Source of the DNA: Narcine bancroftii
Taxonomy: Eukaryota
Direction: 5' to 3'
NCBI RefSeq assembly: GCF_036971445.1
Contig: NC_091476.1
Location: 43,152,001 to 43,216,000, forward strand
DNA length: 64,000 nucleotides
Under the pieces are notes generated by a model. That model saw only the letters and a program-made list of their open reading frames with translations. It was not told the DNA's origin and ran no database searches. The translations under genes and the position numbers were made by a program. This document shows positions 23,700 through 34,782 of the stretch, piece by piece. Position 1 is the first letter of the stretch. The number at the start of each line of letters is the position of its first letter.

Positions 23700-24480
23700 A
23701 AACGAGAGGCATGCTGATAGAGTAAATGCATGTCGGCTTTTTCTACTGGGGTTGGGAGAGATACAAACCAGAGGGATATGGATTAAGGGTAAAGGGGAAA
23801 TATTTTGGAGGAATAATAGAGGGGGGAACCTCTTCACGCAGAGAGTGGTGGGAGTGGGGGATGAGCTGCCAGCTGAATGTAGGCTTAATCTTAACAGTGA
23901 AGAAACATTTGTGCATGCATATGGATAGAAAGGGTATGGAGGGATATAGAATGTGTGCAGGTTAGTGGGATGAGGCAGAATATTTCGACACAGTCTAGAA
24001 GGACTGAGAGGCACGTTTCTGTGCTGTGTTAATTGTTCTAGACCTCTAGGAGAGGCCGAAAGAGTTATTTTTTTTCTCCCCACACACAGGGTATGGGTAT
24101 CTGCAATGAGCTGTCAGAGGAAGTGGTAGAGGTGGGTACAATCACCTCATTTAGAAGGCATTTTGACAGGTCCACTGAGAGGAAAAGTTGAGGTGGATAT
24201 TATTGCATAGTGGTTCGCACAACGCTGTTACAGTGCCAGCACTTGGGACCAGGGTTCAAATCCTGCACTGTCTTTAAGGAGTTTGTACCTTCTCCCCGTG
24301 AATGTGTGGGTTTCCTCCCACCGTCCAAAACATACCAGGGGTTGGAAGTTAATTGGGTAGCACTTGGGCCGAAAGGGACTGTTACCATGCTGTATGTCTA
24401 AAAAAAATTAGGCAAGTTCAAATAAGCTATTTGATTGGCATGGAGTTGTTGGCAGGAGGTCATGTTTCCAGTAAATGATT
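23700..24480 (+). mobile_element. CR1-like LINE 3' fragments
   Basis: GGGGGAACCTCTTCACGCAGAGAGTGGTG and GAGCTGTCAGAGGAAGTGGTAGAGG signatures. Confidence 0.7.
24200..24408 (+). mobile_element. tRNA-derived V-domain SINE (HE1-like)
   Basis: B-box GTTCAAATCC at 24254-24263, V-domain-like GGAGTTTGTACCTTCTCCCCGTG..GTGGGTTTCCTCC, A-rich tail. Confidence 0.8.
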
Positions 24481-25587
24481 CATGATTTTATAACTTTGAC
24501 TCTTAAAGAGACTCTGAGGGTTTGTTTATTTGGGTTTGGTTTTTTTTTGAAAAACACAGACATTGCTTGATTCCTGCCAGGAGGGATATTTAATCAGACT
24601 TTTAAATAGACATGGACAGAGAGATACAATCATAATGGAGGCAAATGGGATTAGCGTAGTGGAGAACAAAGACCTGCATTGACATGGGGGCTGAAAGTCC
24701 TTTTCTGTGCATTCGATTCTCTGAGATTCAAAGGCATGTCACTCTGGCCTGTTTTGGGGCATCTGAGTGAGATACCCTTGTCCCCATCACTTTGTGAGAA
24801 TTTATGAAACAATGTGGTTGATATCGATCTCTGCATGCCTGACAACAAGTTCTCTGCTCCAATCTCCAACCCAGGATTACATGGGCAGGGGAAAAGATTC
24901 CATGATGCTCTCGAAACCTGATTCCAACTCCTGGGGTTCCCTTATCCATTGAAGGGGGTCCATTCAGAAGCACACTGCAGGCCAGCAGAACCCTGAGAAA
25001 AGATACACGACATCTTCCAAAATTCCTACAACACCTGTCTCATTGAGCATCAACCGCTCCATTCATGAATGAGTCTGTGGTTCATGATGGCCATCGCCGA
25101 CATGGGCATTAGTCTTCACTCCATTAAGAGGTGGTGCCTCAAAAATTCACCTTTTTCATCATTCCCCCACCACCCCAGGTTTTGCCTTCTTCTCACTCTT
25201 ACCATCAGGATGAAGGTACAGGAGCCTGAAGACAAACACTCAACTTTACAAAGCCCTCTGCCATCAGATTTCTGAACGGACAATGGCTCTATGGAGACCA
25301 CTTCACTTTTCTCATTTTCCACTCGTCTTTTATTTCTCTTTAAAATGGATTTACAGAATTGTAATTTATAGTAAATTTGCACCTTGTTCTGCACAATTCT
25401 GCTGCCACAAAACAATTCATGACAATAAACCTGATCCTGATTCTGAGAGGTTGTTAATGTTATGGGAGCATTAATTGGAGATACAGTCATAATATTTATC
25501 CCAGGGTAAAAATGTCACAGTGCAAAACATGTTTTTAAGGTGAATCGGTGGGGGTGAGTTTAAGGGAGAATCAGGGCAATTTTTATT

Positions 25588-25625
25588 TATATATATATAT
25601 ATAATATATTTTTTATATATATATA

Positions 25626-25663
<38 letters not shown>
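25588..25663. repeat. (TA)n microsatellite
   Basis: Directly visible, inside a CR1-like fragment. Confidence 0.95.
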
Positions 25664-25667
<4 letters not shown>

Positions 25668-26149
25668 GCAGTATATACGCACAGAGAGTGTAGGTACCTG
25701 GGATAGACTGCCAGGAGTGGAAGTCAATAGCATTTAATAAGCTTCAACCCTTGAATATGCAGGGAATGGCGGGAACGAGTTTATATGCAGACAACAGAGC
25801 TATAGTTTGATTTGGACCTCATATTCAGCACAGACACGTGAGCCAAAGCAACTGTTCCTGTGCTTGTACTGTTACATGTCTGTTGGCTCACTGCCCTCAT
25901 CATCCACTCAAGACCAACTGACCTGATGTCCCAAGGGATCACTGAAGAAGAAGCAGAGACCTTGAGTGCTCATTATCCAATCCACAGCTTCCAGAGTTTC
26001 AAAATGTGTAACTATAACAACTGAGGAATTAGAGGAAATCCTTATATTTGATCAACAAAATCAAAAATATAGAACTGGCGGAAACAGCTTTTTACTTGCC
26101 TCGCCATGAAAGTTACCAATAATGTCTGATTTGAAAGGGGATAAATTTT

Positions 26150-26385
26150 CTTTTTTTTTTTAAATTTTGTCATTCAACATGGTAACAGCCATTTCTTGAC
26201 CACAAGCCCATATCTCCAAAATTCCCCAATTAGTCTATAACAGTAGGTTTTTGGAAGGTGGGAGGAAACCAGAGGACCCTGAGGAAACCCGCACAAAATG
26301 GGGAGGACGTACAAACTCATTACAGATAGCACCAGATTCAAACCCATGTTGCTGGCACTGGATTAGCGTTGCGCTAACTAAAATT
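26150..26385 (-). mobile_element. V-domain SINE copy
   Basis: Reverse complement of the 24200 family (GGAGGAAACC, ACGTACAAACTC, GATTCAAACCC) with a T-tail. Confidence 0.75.
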
Positions 26386-27539
26386 TTGGGAGGAGGGGTT
26401 GTTGTACACACAACACACTGGAGTTTGTTGATTCAAAGGAGGCTAGAAATGGATTCTGTGTGTCAGATCATGACATGGTATTGTGAAGAGTCGATGATTA
26501 AAGTCCCACACAAAAATGTTTTTTTATTTAATAATCTTTTACTTTTAGACAGCCAAATGCATAATGAAGAGATAAGCTAGCTTAAACAAGGGACAGCACA
26601 TCTGAACAAAGGAGGTGAATGCATTATTACCAGGGTGTTGAATAATGCTATAAAAATGATGCATTTGAATTGGCTCAAAGTTAATCATTTCTTCAGTGTA
26701 AGTTAATTATTGCTAGATTTTATAGCGTGTTTAATTCCAGTCAATAATGAACAGTTTTATTCTGAAATGAGATCATTTGTAATAACGAAGGATGAAAATA
26801 GTTTTTCCATCATCCTTCTCAATGTGGGGTGCTCTTTCTGTTTCTGGTGCCCTGCGCTGGTCCACTGCCTATTGTGTCAGCTTCCAGCCATCTTGGGCTG
26901 TTAATAAATTATAGCAGGAAGATTGATAGGCAAGTAACTCAAAGGCTGGATTTCGCAATCCAGAGCTCTAAATTCAAATCCCACCACGGCAGCTGCAGAG
27001 TTTAAATTCAGCATTAATCTCGGATTTGTGAAATGAAGAAATAGTCACTGTAAAGGTGACCACAGGGTCATTGTCATGGAAACCCACCTTGCTAACACAT
27101 CGCCTTCCACGGCCTGGTCCTTTTAAGAGTCTGAAATATTTTATGATAACCACCACTTTCTCAAGAGGTAATTACTGGCCACAGCAGAAACACAATCCAG
27201 AAAATAAAAATTCAAACCTCAGACTAAATCGCTGCCCTGCTTTCCCTCACTGGTAGAGGAGATGATGGAGGAGAGACAGGGAATGGAGGTGGCAGGGTGG
27301 AGGAGTTGAAAAGACATGCAGCTCAGGATGGCCACTGCAGGTACTTCATCTGATACTGTTCAAAGACTAGAAATCTGTTCGACTTCTGTGGTGGCAAATT
27401 CAACAAATGTTGAAACACAAAATCTGCAGAGTCTGGAGTTTTCAGCAGATAAAGAATTGCTGGAGAAACACAGAAAGTCAGACAGCACCCACAGATAGGA
27501 ATGTTCAGCCAACATTTCGGGTGGTGACTCGAGGCAAGG

Positions 27540-27955
27540 AACACCCGAGGGCTGTGGGCTTCTGGCGATGTGCAGTCAGTGGATTCACACCGTGCTGCGG
27601 ACTGCTGGAGATTGGCTCAAAACAAGCTGAAAGGTTATCAGGTTTTGGAACTGGGATGCAGAAGGGTGCTGAGGGCAAGAAGGTACTGAGAGCATTCTTG
27701 ATAGAGTCGGAGGTTTGGATCTGGAGCTCGGGTCGCCGATGGATCAAAGAGGGAACTGTGCAGCGACAGAGGCTGCGAGAGCGCTGGAGGTGAATCCATG
27801 AACACTCAGTGACTCTCTTTTGCTTCTCTTTCTCTGACGGTAAGCGGTGCCGGGTAATTATTGTTGATGGCAAATCTTTGTGTACTGTTCGGCAGACTAA
27901 ATCCAATTTTGTGTAATATTACATCTGTTTCATTTCATAACAAAAAAAATCCTGA
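27540..27955 (+). mobile_element. Unclassified dispersed non-autonomous repeat (related copies ~35165-35740, 37030-37540, 55110-55450, 61280-61655)
   Basis: Shared blocks CTGCTGGAGA.TGGCTC, GGAGGTTTGGATCTGGAGCT, GCTTCTCTTT and a TGTAATATTACAT-like 3' end, seen in both orientations. No coding motif recognised. Confidence 0.7.
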
Positions 27956-28134
27956 ATATTGAGGTCAGGAATAATTATCACAATATTACCTTTGTTATTT
28001 GTCTTCCTCATTGGCTGAAATCTCAATTTATTTGAGAAAATTAAGAAATTGAACATCATTAAATTCCCTGTGCTCAATACTCTGTATTTTTCAGTCATTA
28101 CTGGGAGATTCAGCCTCTTAAAATTTAAAAGTTT

Positions 28135-28365
28135 ATTTTAAATTTAAATTCAACTTTAGACATACAGTATGGTAACAGTAACAGGCCATTTCGGCTCACG
28201 AGTCCATGCTCAATTTACACCCTCATAACATTTTGAATGGTGAGAGGAAACCAGAGCCTCCAGGGATAACACACATGGGGAAAATGTACAAACACCTTAC
28301 AGACAGCACAGGATTTGAACCCTGGCACCAATCACTGGTGTTTTAAAGGAGTTGCGTTGAGTTGC
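28135..28365 (-). mobile_element. V-domain SINE copy
   Basis: Reverse-complement B-box GGATTTGAACCC and V-domain block. Confidence 0.75.
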
Positions 28366-28644
28366 TCTTTTGCCAATACTTTTCCCGTTGACCATCAATC
28401 ATCCATTCACACTAACCATACCCCAATTCCACTTTTATTCATTCTCCCCATATTCCCATCATCTCCTCCCAGATTCCACCTCTCACATAAACACAAGGGG
28501 CATTTGGCTGTTACCAATTAACCTATCATTTTGCAGATCTTTGAGGTGTGAGAGGAAATCACAGCATCTTGATGAAACCCACCTGGCGACAGGAAGAGCA
28601 AGCGTACTCCACGCAGACTGCATTAGAGTTCAGAATGTAGGCAA

Positions 28645-29505
28645 GCAAGGAGTCTGCGGATACTGGGGACCAGTTCAGTGTCCAAAAATGCTGGAAGAAC
28701 TCAGCAGATCACACAGCATCCAGAGAAAGTAAAAGGTGGTCGATGTTGAGTTGATATCAGGCACATGCCTAACCCAGAAGGTGGGGGAAGGGGGGGGAGG
28801 TGAAGGGAGAACAGGACAAAGCTGAGAGGTGAATACAGGTGGAAAGGGGTAAGAAGAGAATAGAGAGCTGAATGGGGAGGGGCAGATGGGTGAGAAAGAT
28901 GCTCTCTGATAGGAGATGGAAAGGGATGGAGAATTGGAGGAAGGGAGTTAGAGGGATGAAGAAAAGCAAGGGAATGGGGCGGAGGGGTTTAACACAAATG
29001 GGAGAACTTGATGTTGATGTTGTGTGGTTGGAGACTGCCACCTAAATATTAGGTGTTGTTCCACCATTTTATGTGGCTTCAGTTTGCAGTGCCATGGACA
29101 GACATGATGGTATGGGAATGATGTGTAAAATTGAAGTGGTTAGCCACTGGGTGGTTCTTGCTGCTGCAGCTATCATCTCCCAGTCTGCGTCCAGTGTCCA
29201 TAAAATGTTGGAGGGCATATCAGGAGTATTAAATGAAGTAGATGACTCTTGTAGATTCATAGGTAAAGTGTTGCTTTACTTGGAAGTACAAGCTGGGGCC
29301 CCAAATAGTGGTGAGGGAGAAGGAATGGGTGCAAATGTAGCACTTCCTGTGGTCACAAGGGTAGGTACCAAGGGGGTCGATTAGAGGGAAGGAGTGAGTG
29401 GACAAGGGAGATGTGGAGGGAGCAATCCTTACAGAAAGCAGAGACATGAGGGGAGGATAAGATTGTAGGTGTCATAAATTGAGAAGAATGGTATATTGGA
29501 TGGCA
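28645..29505 (-). mobile_element. Penelope-like (Neptune-type) element 3' fragment
   Basis: Minus ORF remnant PLGTYPCDHRKCYIC...GPSLYFQVKQHFTYESTRVIYFI (Cys linker before GIY-YIG) and AAAATGCTGGAAGAACTCAGCAG terminus. Confidence 0.8.
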
Positions 29506-30966
29506 GGGAAGATTTACCAGGGTGTTGGCCAAATTTTGGTTGGTAGGGCAAATTTACCAGGATGATGGCCAAATTGGAAAATACAGTATGCCTTATGGGG
29601 CAAATTTAGCAGAGCTGAGGCTTTTCTCTTTGGATTAGAGGTGACTTAACAGAGGTCTACAAGATTCTGAGTGGTATAGATAAGACAGACTGCCAACATT
29701 TTTTCTTTCCCCAGGGTGGGAGCAGCAAACACCAAAGGATAACTGTACAAAGTGAAGGGAGGAAAGTTTTGGGGGGACATTAGGGGTAAGGTTTTTTTAA
29801 AAAAACAGCCTGAAAGGCCTTGCCATGTATGGTGGTGGAGGCTGAAATATTGGAGGTTTTTAAGAAACTCCTTAAGTACATTAAAGGTACCAAGAAATTG
29901 GAGCTCTAGTGTGGGCCCTCCCTTGAAGATAAATTTAAAAACTGGTCCTGATAAGCAGGACAACAGCAGAGAGATATTGCTCGTGTCTTTTATCTGAGAA
30001 TGTAGAAAAGAGAGACAGAATCAGACATGCATTCATGAAAAGTGATTCATGCTTGACAAATCTACTGCACAGAAACACTGAAGTCAAGTAGCAAACCAAC
30101 CCAAGTGCATCACGGGCACCCACTTTCCATCCATTGAAAACATCCATGCGAGGCGACCAATATCATAAGGACCCCCATTGCCCTGGTCACAATCTCTACT
30201 TGCTGCTTATGGCTTGCTCAAAGTTCCAGCATCTGGAGCTCTTGTGGTCTTCTTCATCTTCCAATCGACCCCTCTCTTACCACTACCTTCCCTTTTGTCC
30301 TTAATCCCTTTATTATTAACCTTTCCCCCCCCCACTTCATATTTGTTTCTCCTTTGCTTTCTCCCTCCCTTCTACATTTACTAAGTTCCTTTGTCCAGAG
30401 CAACTCAGACTTCCAACATCTCCCATCCACATGCAGTTGGAAAGAGAAAATGGAGATGTATGATTATCTTTTGTTAATTTTATTTTCATGGAGAAAATAG
30501 AACTGGCTCCTGGGCTTCAAGTGAACCTAGCTGTTGAAGAACTTTGCACAGGAATTGGTGTTAACTTATTGTAATATGCACGGAGGATGTGTTGCCATGG
30601 TAAATGTGAATAATGACAACTAATTTCCGGCTGGGTTATTTAATTTAATTGCTGGTAGCAGAAACAATGATTACTGCCTTTATGTAGTTACTGGGAATAT
30701 TTCAGTAGTGTTTATGTCTAATGGGTTTTCACATCTGTTAGCTGGTTTGTTATTCCTTCATTATTACCCAATCAGAGATTGCCTCTTATTAGGTTGATAC
30801 CACCTTCTGAAAGCTTCGTCAAAATCACAGCTGATATGATTATAACCTCCTTCCCTTTGAACCGTTTCTGTCTTTCAACCTCTCAATTCTCAAAAGACAT
30901 TGTTTTCAGATATTCAGTCTAAGCGCCCATCACCCAAAGAAGAAAGTTACAAAACTCAATTAGAGT

Positions 30967-31505
30967 GGCATGGTTAGCATAGTGGTGGGCATAACTGTCT
31001 TCTTTGGCTTGGCTTCGCGGACGAAGATTTATGGAGGGGGTAAAAAGTCCACGTCAGCTGCAGGCTCGTTTGTGGCTGACCAGTCCGATGCGGGACAGGC
31101 AGACACGATTGCAGCGGTTGCAAGGGAAAATTGGTTGGTTGGGGTTGGGTGTTGGGTTTTTCCTCCTTTGCCTTTTGTCAGTGAGGTGGGCTCTGCGGTC
31201 TTCTTCAAAGGAGGCTGCTGCCCGCCAAACTGTGAGGCGCCAAGATGCACGGTTTGAGGCGTTATCAGCCCACTGGCGGTGGTCAATGTGGCAGGCACCA
31301 AGAGAGTGGTGGGCATAACTGTATTACAGCACAAATGCCCTGGTTTTGAATCTGGAACAGTCTGTAAGGAGTTTGTACGTTCTCCCCATTTCTTCATGTG
31401 CTTCGATTTCCTCCCTCCCTTCAAAGGGAACAAGGGTTGTAGGTTAATTGGGATTTTTGGACTCGTGAACCAGAAGAGCCTGTTACGATACTATATGTCT
31501 ATATT
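30967..31505 (+). mobile_element. V-domain SINE interrupted by an RTE insertion
   Basis: GGCATGGTTAGCATAGTGG head. The body resumes at 31323 with a B-box-like GGTTTTGAATCT and GGAGTTTGTACGTTCTCCCC. Confidence 0.8.
30999..31304 (-). mobile_element. Young 5'-truncated RTE-clade (BovB-class) LINE 3' end
   Basis: Open minus-strand C-terminus ...IFPCNRCNRVCLSRIGLVSHKRACS*, GCCAAAGAAG tail, and perfect 18-bp TSD AGTGGTGGGCATAACTGT at 30981-30998 and 31305-31322. Confidence 0.88.
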
Positions 31506-32894
31506 TAAAATTTCCTGAGAGAAAAATAAATGCCACATCGTTGTCTTAAATATGTGACTCATTCTTTTCTTAACATCACCCGGTGAAGACTTTTGTGTTT
31601 CAATCCATCCATCCCCCTTACTCCTCTGAACTAATGTCCACCACAGATGCAGAAGGTCATCATTCCATTCCCTAAGACAAGGCACGAAGGGGCTGGATCT
31701 TCAATGAGCGAACTCAGCAGCAACTGTTTCAGGTTTTCATTTCTTTCTCCTCGCCCAGTAACTCGTGCGGCTATCTAAAGGGTGGTTGAAGATAGCAGGA
31801 ACCATTCATAGCAGTAAAGTGCAGATTGTCAAATTAACCTTGATGTCTGATAGTGAGCTATCAGATTGGATCCTGGCCCTGAAACAGTCAAATCTATTCC
31901 GGCAGATGAAAGTGAAAAGGGCAACGATGTCCCTGTGCTGCAAAGTGACCATTTCCCTCCTTATTCAATCCGTGACTCAGCTGTGTCATCTGACTTCAAA
32001 CAATTGGTGCAAAAATTACATCGACAAAATTTAAAACATAGACCATAGAATGAGATAGTACCATATAGGCCCTTCAGCCAATGATAATTTGCTGACCTAT
32101 ACAAATCGACAAATCAATCAAATCATTCCCTCCATCACAGCCGATAACCCTCTGTTTTTCTTACATCAATGTACCAGCTTCCACTACCACCCCCAGCAAT
32201 GCATTCCAGGCACCCACCACTCAATTTACCTCTGATGTCTCCCTGATATGTTCCTCCACTCACCTTAAACAGATGTCCTCTGGTCTTGTCCAATGCCACC
32301 TGGAAAAAAGGTGCTGACTGTCCGTCCCATTTATGCCTCTCATAAGCACTTGATACAGCCTCAGTCGCCCATGCTTTTTCATGGTTTAAGGAAGGAAACC
32401 TCAAAATTTAAGGAAGGCTAGCAGATTTTGCACTGTAAACCTCCTCATTGATCTCTTCTGGTGTTTTTAATGACAGCATTAGATTGATGCAAGCTTGTGG
32501 AGCCCAAAATTTGTTCGGGAGCAGTTGACGCGTGATGCACCTCATGGAACCCAAGGTGAGATGACATTGTCCAGGGATGTGTAGTGGACACAGAACCCTG
32601 ATAACATTAGCATCCACAGAGCACATGGCAAAGAGTCCCTTGATTCAACATGAAACATTAGTAAATGTGTAAAATTAGTCCCTGACCTCCTTTTGTCAAG
32701 GAAAAGAGAAACACACATGATGCTGATTGCAAACAATTGCTATGTTTAAGCTTGCATCATGTGATTAACTTCTCACTTTATTTGAAAAAGAAATGTTTTA
32801 TTCAAAGGTTCTGAAATATCCTGAATAAATACCCAAATATGAAGCAGACATTGCTCAGTATTAGCTTTAAACTCTGCAGTGGGCTCGTTGGAGA

Positions 32895-33125
32895 TGGTGG
32901 CAAGTTTAGCATGACGCTATTACAGTGCTGGTGGCCTGAGTTCCAATCTGGTGCAATCTGTAAGGAGTTTGTACATTCTCCCCATGACTGTGAAGATGTC
33001 CTCAGAGTGCTCCTGTTACCTCCTGCCCTCCAAAAACACACAGGGTTGGTCGTTAAATTGGGTGTAATTGGGGGGAATGGGTTCCAATGGCTTGGAGGGC
33101 CTGTTACCATGTTGTAAATAAATTA
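32895..33125 (+). mobile_element. V-domain SINE copy
   Basis: GAGTTCCAATCT B-box remnant and GGAGTTTGTACATTCTCCCC block. Confidence 0.75.
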
Positions 33126-33481
33126 AGAATAAATATTCAGCACAGAATTTACAAAATCAAAGCTTACTCTCTTTGAATGGAGGCAAGGGCATTATTTTTT
33201 GCAATGGGCAGTTACTGACACTTCTTCACAGCCAAGGGATGCTAAATATTAGAGAGGCACTGTCTCTGGCTGGGTAGTTGTGAACCCAGCTTCTTGTATA
33301 ATGATAGGAGATTGGCATTTTCATACTCAACTTGGAAGAAACATCTCAGTGTTGGAAACCTTTGGGTTTCTCTGGGGCAGAGGGCAATCAACGGTCAATC
33401 AAAGGGTGCATTCAAGATTGAGGCTAATAGATTTTTTGCATTCTGGGTGCTTCAAGTGATCTGGAAATCAGGAGGAGCGTG

Positions 33482-34738
33482 GAGTCCGTGCTGCCCAATT
33501 TACCCCCAATTAATCTACACCCCAATATGTTTCGGTATGGAGGGAGGAAACCAGAGCCCCTGGAGAAAACCCATTAAGACACGGGGAGAATGTACAAATT
33601 CCTTACATTCAGTGTGGGTTTTGGACCCCAGTACCAATAGCTGGCACTGTAAAGGTGTTGCACTAAACGGTATTTTTATCTTTCTGGAATCCAGGGATAG
33701 AAGGCCAGTGTAGGAAAATGACACCTCTATAAGGAATTGCAGAGCAGCCCTGAGGTAGAATAGCCTGTGGCTGTCAATATGCTTGCTCCTCATCTGATCT
33801 ATCTTAACCGATATGTTCTTATTGCACTAGGTCTCATTCTCCAGTGGCAAACTGGTCACTGTTCAAAAATACTTTTATAGACTGAATACACAATAAACAA
33901 TTTCCCCAGCTGAAAGAAAAAAATGGTACTCCATTTTTATTTCATTTGGAAGGTTTCAGTGAGAAATTTCTGGTCACAGTTTCTGTCCCTGAGGAAGCAT
34001 TGTGCCTCATGTAATGGCAAAACTTTCCTTGAGAAATGTTGTTAATGAGTGGCATGTGGAAGTGGTTCTCAGAGTCTCTGTTGCCAGGTCACAGGGAAGT
34101 AATAACTTTGCAGAGTTCTGGTTGTAGTTAAAGTCTATCTGCATCACACAGTGTAAAATCAAGAACCAAATCCAGTATTAATTAATTATAAATCTGAATT
34201 AAAGGGACAACCAGCCCTCTCATGAGATTTTTAAAAATGGAAACTGGTGTGGGCCAACAACTTTGCCAGTCCGGCAGCATCTGAGGAAGGAGAGCCATGT
34301 CAACCATTCAGGTCAGTGTGGGTCTTCCTCAGTGCAAGAGCATTGCAGTTTTCAAGGCAGGGTTGGGGAGAAGAGAGAGGTGCAAGACAAAAGCTAATGT
34401 GGAGGAAGGTTAAGATAGATCAGATGAGGAGGAGCATGCATATTGACAGCCCCAGGCTATTCTACCTCAGGGATGCTCTGCAATTCCTTATAGAGGTGTC
34501 ATTTTCCTACACTGACCTTCTATCCCTGGATTCCAGAAAGATAAAAATACCGGTTAGTGCAACACCTTTACAGTGCCAGCTATCGGTACTGGGGTCCAAA
34601 ACCCACACTGAATGTAAGGAATTTGTACATTCTCCCTGTGTATTCATGGGTTTTCTCCAGGGGCTCCGGTTTCTTCCCACCATACCAAAACACATTGGGG
34701 TGTAGATTAATTGGGGGTAAATTGGGCAGCACGGACTC
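33482..34738. repeat. ~330-bp inverted duplication (arms 33482-33809 and 34408-34738)
   Basis: The arms are high-identity reverse complements that include ~140 bp of non-SINE flank plus most of a SINE. Confidence 0.95.
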
Positions 34739-34782
34739 ATGGGCCGAAATGGCCTGTTACCGTGCTGTACGTCTAAAAAAAA
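34550..34782 (+). mobile_element. V-domain SINE copy (donor of the inverted duplication)
   Basis: Complete from the GGTTAGTGCAACACC head to the GTCTAAAAAAAA tail. Confidence 0.8.

Noticed and set aside
24200-24275. tRNA genes at B-box-containing sites
   Set aside because: No cloverleaf can be formed, and each site is followed by a V-domain and tail, so these are SINE heads.
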